Sequence record: PP337211
Length of the DNA: 64,000 bases
Source: Escherichia phage ERS-1
Strand: one strand, 5' to 3'
Part shown: piece after piece, positions 36,355-44,468 of the stretch
Position numbering within the stretch: position 1 is the stretch's first letter
How the letters are laid out: every line of letters starts with the position of its first letter
Position numbers and translations under genes: made by a program
The notes under the pieces: model-generated
Database searches by the model: none
What the model saw: the letters and a program-made list of their open reading frames with translations, nothing else
Told to the model about the DNA's origin: nothing

Positions 36355-38440
36355 CCCGGTGTTCCGTCGCGGCCCGCGGAATGCCCCGTGGGCCTTCGCC
36401 TCTGGTGATATGTCGGAGCGGATGCCAGAGTACGGTTGCGAAAAGGGAAGCCCCCTGGCCGGGCCCCGGGGCCTCCCCATCCGTGTCGCCCGACCGCGGC
36501 CCGCCTTGAACTGACCCTTGGCGAGGCCTGGGCGATCTTCTCGTTGGCGGTGGTGACCTCGCCCTGCTGGCGCGGAGGCGTTGACCGCCGCGCCGGAGGG
36601 TTGCCGCCGCCCGCCGGGGCTTCCGACTCCAACCTGTGGCCTGGCTTCTCGTTGGCCTTCCATTTGCTGACCGGCTCGCGGATGGTCCTTGGGCTGGCCG
36701 GTTGTCGCCTGAGAATGCTGGACCCCTGGGTCGACCCGAGCCCTTGAATTCGCCGTCCTGCTCCACCCCTTGACCTGGTCTTGATGAAATGGTGAGTTCC
36801 GGGATGCCCTTCGGCCTTGGCGGCTGGTGGTGGTGCTTCTCTCTACCTGGAGCCTGGTGCCGGTTCTGGAGGGCTTCGGCGCGGGCTCCGGCCCTTCTGT
36901 CCTTCGCGCGTGGCGGTGGCCCTGGTGAACCTTGTCCGTTTGCTTGGCTTCGCCGCCCTGCCCTGTTGTTCTGGAGTTCGGTCGGCTTCGCGGCGATGTT
37001 GGCCTTGATCTCCCTCCTGGCGTCGTCGAAGCCTGCCCGGGGCGGTTTGGCGAGGTCTTGGCCTTCGCCTCGGCGCGAGCGGCCTTGAGGGAGCGGTTCC
37101 TGCTGGTCGTTGGTTTGCCATCCCCTTGTGGGCTTCGTCCGGCACGGTCTGCCCTTCATTGCCTGCTGTAGATTCCCCGGCAACTGTTCCGGGACCTTGT
37201 CGATGGAATCGACCGGAGTGAATTGAAGTTGGGAATCTGTACCCCTGTTGCTGGTGGATCCCGCCTGTGTTGTGCCTTGCGGTTTGGTGTTGTAGCCTCT
37301 GGCCTTGTGCGGGTGCCTGCCTTGCGGAAGGCGTCCGGCTTGCGCTCCGCGAGTTGAGAGGGCTGCTCGTTGCCGGCCGATCCTGGACCGGTCCCGTTCT
37401 GCCTGCCCTCCCGGGCTGCTTGGCCTCGGTCTTGCCCGTGACCCTTCCTGGAAGGAGGCGGGCTGCGCTTCAAGAAGTCCTGACACGCGGTCGCCGCCGG
37501 AACCCGGCCCCGTTCTCCGCGGCCCGGCCTTCCCGACGTCCTGGATCGGCTGCCCTGCCCCTCCTTCGCCTTCCGGCGGAAGTCGATTTCGCTTGGCGCG
37601 GGTCCGGGATCCGTTGCGGTCGGCGATTGCCCTGGAGGCCCTCGCCGTCGATGTAGGCGACCGGCCGACTGGTGAAGTGGGCCGGGGCTTCGCGTCCTTG
37701 GGCTGGAGGTGGGGATGTCCGCGGGGCTTGTCGCTTGCCTCGGGGCTCCCGTGGCCGTCCCGGGCGGGGTGCCTGCCGTGGTCCGACCGTCCGGCGTGTC
37801 CCCCGGCCTTCGCCGTGATGATGTCGCTGTTGGCGTCCCGGGCGCAGCCCCGCGCGGTGTTGGACGCGGTTGACCGCGGTGCGGACGATCCCCGGGCGTC
37901 CCGCCGGGTCATCGACGATGCCGTCCGGGCGGCGCTCTGCGCGTCCCGACCCCGCTGCGATGTCGTCAATGGGTTCCCCCGTTCGTCGTCCGAGCTGAAG
38001 GGCCGTGGCTGCTGCTGCTGGCTCAGCCGCCTCCGGTGCTGAACCTGTCCCGGCAGGAACCGGCCCTGGAACGGGCGGAGGTGGCGATGGCCCGGAGCTG
38101 GTCCGCGTTCGGTTGCCTTGAAGCTCGTCGTAATCGTGATGGAGGACCTGTAGGCCGTCGATTTCGGCCTGGCCTTCGAGGACGGCGAGCTGCCCGAGTC
38201 GCCTGGCGGGTCTTGTACTCCGCGAGGGCCGCGGCCGGGCTCCGCGGATGTCCGTGGGTGGCCTTCCTGCGTTCGCCGGTGAAGTCCGTGCACGGCCCTT
38301 GAAGCGGGCGAGCCGGGTGCGCGTGTTCGGTCGTGTCGCGGTCCGCCTCCTCCGGGAGCCGGGCGACCCGCTGGCGACGCCCGCGGTGTAGCGGTGGTGT
38401 CGATCCTGGTGACGCGCGGCGTCCCTGTAGTTCTTCGTTA

Positions 38441-38471
38441 AATGTTGCGGTTTCTGCCCTTCTGGATTGTG
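38441..38471 (-). promoter_or_regulatory. Conserved intergenic element, copy 2 (minus sense CACAATCCAGAAGGGCAGAAACCGCAACATT)
   Basis: Shares the GGCAGAAACCGC core and flanks with 36,326-36,354. Confidence 0.35.
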
Positions 38472-39114
38472 TCGGTCGGTAGCCGGTCTTCCTGGGCTGC
38501 TTTGATTGAAGGAGAGGCCTCCCGTCGGGCGTGACTGGGCGAGCCGGGCGAGCTCCCCGCTTCGCTTTCCGCCTTCGCCGCGTCTCCGGCGATCTACCGA
38601 CCCCGGACCGCTCCGAGAAGCGTTGCTTGGCGTCCTCCTTCCCTCGACCTGGACGGCCTGCCGCGGCGCTCCCGGACTCCGGCGGCTTGTGATAGCCGGG
38701 CGCGCCTTCGCCCCTTTCGGTTGCTTGTAGCCGTTCGGCTTCCTGGTCCCGAAGGCTTGAATGGCCCTTTGTTCGGCTGGGTGTAGTCCCGTTGTTCCGT
38801 GATTGCGGCGTTTGGTTGCGCCTGGCCCGGCAACTGTTCGGGCGTGGTGGAAGGGCCTCCCCGGCACTTCTCCCGCTTCAGCGGCCCGCCTCGGCGTACC
38901 GGTCCTTGAACCGGCCTGAGCCGTCTGGGTCGTGATGCCCAGAGGCTTTCCCGTTGGGGAAGGACCCGGGGGCCTGTCCCTGCGTTTCCTCCTCCGGCTC
39001 TGGTCGGTCCGTTTGCTGAAGTGGATACGCCTGATCGGAACGGGCCAGGACGATGCCTGGAGGAGCGAAGCCGGCAAGTGCTGGTTGTCGGCGGTTTACG
39101 CCTCCCGCATTTCC

Positions 39115-39163
39115 GCGCTTCGCCGCCTTCGCCGCCCTCGCCTTCGCCTTCGCCCTCCTCCCC
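39115..39163. repeat. GCCTTC/GCCGCCTTC short tandem repeat (Gly/Glu-rich on the minus strand)
   Basis: ttcgccgccttcgccgccctcgccttcgccttcgccctcc; minus-strand reading gives …EGEGEGEGGEGGEA…. Confidence 0.5.
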
Positions 39164-40599
39164 TTCGGGCGGGTTCTTCTGGCCGGGTCCGTTAGGCTGC
39201 GCGGCCCATCGCCTTGCCCATTCCTCCGGCTCCTCCCGTCCTCGTCCGTCCAAGTCCTCCGGCAGGACCCGCGCGGAGGCCGTTCGGGGCGCCTCCGCCG
39301 GCGACGTCGCGCTTCTCGCGTGCGACTTGGAGGGCCTGAAGGCCCGGGCGTCCGTTCTCCGTCGGCCCGGGCGCGGCGCCGCCGTTCGGCCCGAGGCGGT
39401 AGCCGTTCCGCGGCGACGTCCGGGCCTGGGCCGGGCGTCCTCGCACCTGCCCCGTCGTCGCGCTCGCGTCGCCGGTCGCCTCCGCGCTGTCCGCGCCCGG
39501 CGGTCGCCGTCTGCCCGCCGGTCTGCGCTTCGGGAAAACCCCGCGCCAGGCCCGCCCCGCGCCTCGGGTGCCCTTGAGGTCCGTGCGGCCCGCGGCGATG
39601 GCTGGCCGTGTGCTCCAAGTAGAACCGGCCCGCCGGTCCGGGTTGGAGGCCCTCGCTCCGGCCGATACCCTCCGGTCCCAGTCCTCCCCGCACGCCCCCA
39701 GGCGAGGATCGGGAAGCGGGAGACGGTGAGGATGTGGCGTTGGTCGGAGGCGGACTGCCCGTGCGCCGTTGAGGTGAGCCGTGCCGGGAGTGGGGGGCTT
39801 GCCCTTTAAGCCTTGGCGGTCCGCGTAGAAGGTGACCTGCGGGGACGTAGTTCTGGGCCCCGTCGCCCTTCTCCCCTTGCCCTTGCCTCCTTCCTGGGCG
39901 TTGGACTTCTTCGCCGGCTCCCGGCCTGGAGGCCCGGCTCCGGGACGCGGATGTGGCGCTTGGCGACCTCCGCGAAGCCTGCCCTGCTCGGCGAGTGTTC
40001 GATGATGCGGACGTGCTGGAGGACTTCCACCCCGTCGATCGACCTCTGACCGGGCGAACCTGGGGCACCCTCGGCCCATCAGTTCCCTGTACTGGGCGCA
40101 GGCCCTCCCGGTGACCCTTGCCGGGTCTGGGGTTGGCCGCCTCCGCGGGGCCTGGGGCGGGGGCGTCGATGAGGACGTGGGCAGGGCCTTGGCCCTGCCT
40201 TCGCGAACGGAAACTGACGGGCGTACCGTCGTTCCCCGCAGGTCCGTTGGTGATCGTCTCCTCAATTGCCTTGGGACGTTCTCTCGTCCAGCTTGATCGG
40301 CTCGCTGAAGGGCTTGCCGCTTGGGTGTCCGTGTCTGTTCGACCCTTGCTCAGGAGGACGGCGGAGGCCTGGGCGCTCCTGATAGCCCTTGTCCGTCTCC
40401 TCCTGGGTGGCGGGGTACGCCCCTGCCCGCCTCGCGCATTGTTTGCCCCCTGCCCTGGGCGTCTCGATGACGTGCCTGCGCGGAGCCGGTTGCGCCCCGC
40501 TGGTCGTGGCGGGGCTCTTCGGGCTCTTTGTTGGCCGGCGGTCGGTTCTCCCTGGTTCGCGGAATCTCGCCCGAAGGCGAGGACCCGGGTCAGTTGCAT

Positions 40600-42234
40600 G
40601 CGCCTGCTCTGACGCGCGCTCGTGCGCGGCAGCGGTTGCGTCGCCGTGGTCCTCCGCCTCCGTGTTCGCTGTCCTGTTGTCGTTGTGGGGCCTACCTGCA
40701 CTGTCTCGATGGTCTGTGATGCTTCCGTCGAAGATGGGGACCTGCCCTGGACCTCGCGCGGTCCCCCGCCCGCCGGAGGGGCAACCCCCTCGAGGCTGGC
40801 GGATTCGCTCCTGCCCTGCTCGCGCGAGCCTGGGCCTCGTCCGCGGGCGTCCGGTGACGCCTCCTCCCCGTCGGCGATGCCGTCGCCGTTCTCCCGCTCA
40901 AGATGGAGGAGCTGCGGGGCCGGGCTGACCCGACCTTCCGGTCGCCCCTCCCCTCCCTCCCCTCCCTTGGGCGACCTCTGAGGCGAGCGGCACGCCCTCG
41001 TTGCGCGTTCCGTTCCTGCTGGCACCGCTCCTGGACGGGCGAGATTGCCCCTGCCTTTCCCGGCCTCGCGGCCGGTTCCCTTCCCCCAACGGCTCCCCTT
41101 CCCACTCCGCCCGGCGACGGCGAAGGGCTTGCAGCTGCCCCGTGAAGCCGCGGGACTTTTCGCTTCGGGATCACCGAGGGCGGACGGAGGACGACGTGCA
41201 CGTCCCCCGCGGTAGATGTCGTCAAACATTCCTCACCCGCGATGATGTCCCGGGAGCCGTGGAGCCAGGCGGCGAGTTCGGAGGGGTTCCGGGCCGCGGC
41301 TCGAATCTTGCCGATGTACTCCGGGTCAGCGTGGAAGGTGATTTGGTCTCGGGCATGGACCGTGGATGGCGACCCGGGGCGGTTCGCGCTCGCCGTCTCG
41401 CGTCCGTGATTCCCGACTGCCGGTGGGGAGGCGGAAGCGGGCCTTGACCCGTCGTGGCCGGGGCCTAGGGGTCGGCGGTCGCCCGGTAGCAGTGGGATCC
41501 GGCTTCGCGGAGTGGCAGGGTCCGTTAATGGCGAGCTCTGCCATCGGCCGAGTTGGTAAGTTCTTCCCTGCCAATCCACGGATAGGCGTGGCCGTGGTAG
41601 TTCCAGATCCTCCGGCGACTTCGCGTGACGCGAAGCTGCTCCTCGCCGTCCGGAAGGTCCGACTTGTGCTCCACCTTGTTCGGTACTCGGCCCCCGGGAG
41701 ATGTGCTTGTCCCTTGGTGGTCTGTCATTGTCTGATGGCTGGGGTAGGTCGTGAAAGCCTATGCCCTGCCTCTCGACCCGTAGCCCTTCCCCCGGTGCCG
41801 GAGGAAGTCCATCAGCAGGCAGCTCGGTCTGCCCGGGCCGCGCGTCCCCTCAGACAGCACCTCGAAGATCGGGTGCGCCTTTAAGGAAGGCGAGCTGCGA
41901 CCTGTACTGCGGGGCCTGTCGCCTCCGACTCCTTCCCCGTCTCCGGTCCGGCAGCAGCCCTGGCTCGCTGGGCTCCGCCTCGCGCCGCTTCGGACCAAGA
42001 AGGTCCGGGCGGGCGGCGATGGCGACCGCCTTGTCGTTTTTCGGTTCGAGCGGGCTTTGCCGCCCTCCCCGGGTCGGACGGCCCGGCGTCCCGCGGGCGA
42101 GGTCCCGGGCTGGTTCTGCCGGTCGTTGATCGTGGCCTGGAGCCCCCGGACGAATTACCCTGCCGGTGCCCGAGGCGGGCGGCTGGCCGCGTCCTTCCCG
42201 TTCCTCGAACCTCCTGCGGTGGGCGCGGAGGCAT
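40600..42234 (-). pseudogene. Terminase large subunit-like P-loop NTPase, copy A; Walker A lysine lost (…EGTRGPGRPSCLLMDFL…)
   Basis: ATG at 42,234; collinear homology to 61,551-63,178 (PIFEVL[S/Y]EGTRGPG…MDFL…GKGYG, …SVIPKR…); local indel pair converts GKT to GRPS. Confidence 0.35.
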
Positions 42235-42271
42235 GGCGCGAGCGAATCGCTGGCACCCCGCCTTCGTGCGG

Positions 42272-42604
42272 TCACTCCGTCCTTGAACTTCCCGCCATGA
42301 TCGGGCGCTCCTCGCCGCCCGCGCCCGCTTCAGGGCTGTGCTGGAACCTGTGCCGTCGCTTGGCGGGCGTCCTCCGGCCTGGGAACTCTTGGGTCCCTTG
42401 AGGCGATAGTCGATGGTGGAGCCCGGCACGCCGCGGCAGTTGCGCGTGTATTCCGCCCTCCTGTTGGGACGCGTGCGGTAGGTTCCGTACCTGCCCTCGC
42501 GGTCCGAGGCGAAGGGTCGGCTTTGGCTCCGGTTTTGGTTCTTGGTTGGGGCGGGTTGCTCCCCCTTCGGCGTGACTGTTCGTCGGTTGCGGTTGCGTGG
42601 CCAT
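42272..42604 (-). CDS. Small protein upstream of the P-loop gene (terminase small subunit position), copy A, degraded
   Basis: ORF 42272..42604; DNA homologous to 61,229-61,551 with 1/3/5-nt gaps. Confidence 0.3.
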   Translation of the reverse strand: MATQPQPTNSHAEGGATRPNQEPKPEPKPTLRLGPRGQVRNLPHASQQEGGIHAQLPRRAGLHHRLSPQGTQEFPGRRTPAKRRHRFQHSPEAGAGGEERPIMAGSSRTE

Positions 42605-42736
42605 CCGAACCCGGCCTCAGGTTGGAGGAGTTTCCCTCGCCGCGAGTATAGCGTGAAGCTTGCAGTTAGGCGGGTCGCGCGCGGGGAGAGGTCAGGAGCG
42701 TGTGGCGAGGTGCTGTCTCAGGGACAAACCAAATGA

Positions 42737-42799
42737 TGTTTAACCTTAGCAGACCACCCGGTCCCAAGTAGACTACACATAACCATCGCTAAGGTTAAC
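42737..42799. repeat. Inverted pair of GTTAACCTTAGCA half-sites, 36-nt spacer containing CCAAGTAGA
   Basis: gtttaaccttagca (42,737-42,750) and gctaaggttaacc (42,787-42,799). Confidence 0.7.
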
Positions 42800-42988
42800 C
42801 TGGTAACCTGCACACAATACTCTCAGCACCTCTATCCGCTTTTTATTTAAAAACTCTTGGTTTCTTTTAAACGTTTGGCCCGATGATTTTTTGTTGCAAA
42901 GAGGTTTCCTTATTTTCTGTTGTTTCTTTTGATTCCCCTTTAACCAGTGAATTTCTAGGTGCTGGGAACTCTGTGTCCCAACTTACCA

Positions 42989-43052
42989 GGTTAACCTTAG
43001 CAATACGTAACTGAACCAAGTAGATGCTAGCAAGTCAATTGCTAAGGTTAAC
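42989..43052. repeat. Second inverted pair of GTTAACCTTAGCA half-sites, 36-nt spacer containing CCAAGTAGA
   Basis: ggttaaccttagca (42,989-43,002) and tgctaaggttaac (43,039-43,052). Confidence 0.7.
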
Positions 43053-43269
43053 AGACGACTACAAACGGAATCTACAGCGTCAATTGCGTAGTGAAGTAAG
43101 AAAGTTGAAAAAATCAGTTTACATTGACGATGATTTTGATTACAATACTTCTCAACCAGTTTAAGTTTAAATTAATCTTTTGAGGTTTGTCGGAACAATT
43201 TATATTAAACTGGTTCTTTTTAAACAGGTGCTGTCGATTCCGTTTGTAGTCGTCTGTTTAACCTTAGCA
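43040..43269. repeat. 33-bp inverted repeats flanking a 163-bp AT-rich core
   Basis: tgctaaggttaacagacgactacaaacggaatc (43,040-43,072) and its reverse complement with one extra T (43,236-43,269); the core also holds an 11-bp inverted repeat aaccagtttaa/ttaaactggtt. Confidence 0.7.
43118..43146 (+). promoter_or_regulatory. Sigma-70-like promoter candidate (TTTACA, 17-nt spacer, TACAAT) pointing into the right-hand block
   Basis: -35 at 43,118-43,123, -10 at 43,141-43,146; first plus-strand start codon about 180 nt downstream. Confidence 0.45.
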
Positions 43270-43322
43270 TATGTCTAATGTCGAAGCCACACACCACCGC
43301 CAGAGTTAAAGGATCGACTCCC

Positions 43323-43443
43323 ATGGAACACCAGCACCTTCGGCATCAAGCTGAGCAAGATCTTCCCGTGGCTGGTTCAGGAAGGAGCTGCCGGGATCAA
43401 TCGACTTCCCGTGGCGGACCTCCTCAACGCGCCCGGAAGGTGA
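43323..43443 (+). CDS. Small hypothetical protein (…NTSTFGIKLSKIFPWLVQEGAAGINRLPVADLLNAPGR*), frame break just after the ATG
   Basis: AAAGGA 9 nt upstream of ATG 43,323; high-GC3 frame to TGA 43,441-43,443. Confidence 0.3.
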
Positions 43444-43455
43444 ACAGGCCTGCGC

Positions 43456-43830
43456 ATGACCTTCGCCCAGCTCCGTCCAGGATGACCTGGCGGTGAACGG
43501 TCGCCTTGGCGGGACGTTCAACCTGCTTCGCCGCCGGAAGGATGACGAAAGCGACGGGACCGCGGGCGCCGCCGCACGGGCGACTGTCCGTGAATGCCCG
43601 AACCTCCCTGGCCGGCTCGGCATGAGTTCGCCCTTCACGTGGTGGGGCCTTCCACCTCCCGGAGGAAGGCCGGGCGTCTGGGCGTCCGGACGATGTCACC
43701 TGCCTGGAGCTGCGGCGGCGGCTCGTCACGCCTGCTCGGCGAAGGACCTGATTGGTGGGGCCTGGCTGTCTGGGTTGAAGCCCGGGACAGGTACTGTACG
43801 AACACCGAGCATCCGAGGACCCTCCGGTGA
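43456..43830 (+). CDS. Hypothetical protein, frame-disrupted (MTFAQLRPG / …DDLAVNGRLGGTFNLLRRRKDDESDGTAGAAARATVRECPNLPGRL… / …WWGLAVWVEARDRYCTNTEHPRTLR*)
   Basis: ATG at 43,456; four -1 frame breaks; stop TGA 43,828-43,830 overlaps the next start (TGATG). Confidence 0.35.
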
Positions 43831-44148
43831 TGGTGGACATGGCGGGGATCAAGCGCAAGGACGCCAAAGGAAACTACCTGGGCCGTCCTACGGGATGGGC
43901 GGGGCGAAGATGTGCCTGGGCTCGGGCTCCCGACGATGATGGCCGTGCGCGGCCCCCGCTTCCGCTGTTCGACGCGGCACCTGCCCGGAGGGTCGGCGCC
44001 TGGTCGCGGAAGGGGCGCGGAGGTTCGAGGCCGCGGGGCCGGAGGGTCAGGCCCTCCTGGACACCCTCCACCCGGGTGCCCGTTCGCATCGGAGAAGCTG
44101 GCGAAGGCTTGCGAAGCCCGGGCGAAGGCCGTGGGCGGCGTCACATGA
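43827..44148 (+). CDS. Hypothetical protein, frame-disrupted (MVDMAGIKRKDAKGNYLGRPT… / …LVAEGARRFEAAGPEGQALLDTLHPGA / …SEKLAKACEARAKAVGGVT*)
   Basis: GTG/ATG at 43,827-43,832; five -1 breaks; inverted paralog at 150-300. Confidence 0.35.
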
Positions 44149-44169
44149 CCTGAGCGGTCGCCGCTGCCG

Positions 44170-44468
44170 CTTCCCGAAGGAGGGGACGGGAACTACGACT
44201 GGGACCCGGCGACCAACCGGCTGATCGGGCTCCTCCCGCGGACCGGGTCAAGATGGCGATGGTGGCCTGCGCGGAAGCCGGACTGGGGCGTCCCGGGGCC
44301 GGCGATGAGATCGCCTTCGGCTAGGCGAGGCGGAGGAGGCCGCGGAAGCTGCCTGGTTGCGGACGTGTACGCCGCCCCAACTCCCGTCAAGGTGGACGTG
44401 GAGATTGGGCAGGCTGGGGTCATCGCTTGGGCTGGACGGGAGCCGCCTTTGCGGTTCCGCTACGGGTG
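44170..44468 (+). CDS. Hypothetical protein, frame-disrupted (…GDGNYDWDPATNRLIGLLPRTG… / …ADVYAAPTPVKVDVEIGQAGVIAWAG…)
   Basis: High-GC3 segments; paralogous to minus-strand sequence near 1-120. Confidence 0.3.

Larger units (their letters stand above)
36360..40600 (-). other. Unresolved block between the terminase-like gene and the capsid gene; portal, protease or scaffold expected by synteny
   Basis: Protein-like fragments (…EVLQHVRIIEHSPSRAGFAEVAKRHIRVPEPG…, …REIKANIAAKPTELQ…); assignment is by position only. Confidence 0.2.

Noticed and set aside
42700-43300. Simple fold-back (palindromic) artefact centred on the AT-rich region
   Set aside because: Sequences immediately left and right of the centre are not reverse complements of each other. 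The inverted homologies are offset (left-proximal matches right-distal) and diverged, so a plain hairpin or fold-back does not explain them. A more complex chimera cannot be excluded.
42720-43300. Bacterial oriC with DnaA boxes
   Set aside because: No TTATCCACA-like DnaA boxes were seen; the repeats are a different palindromic motif, so only a generic origin or operator hypothesis is kept.
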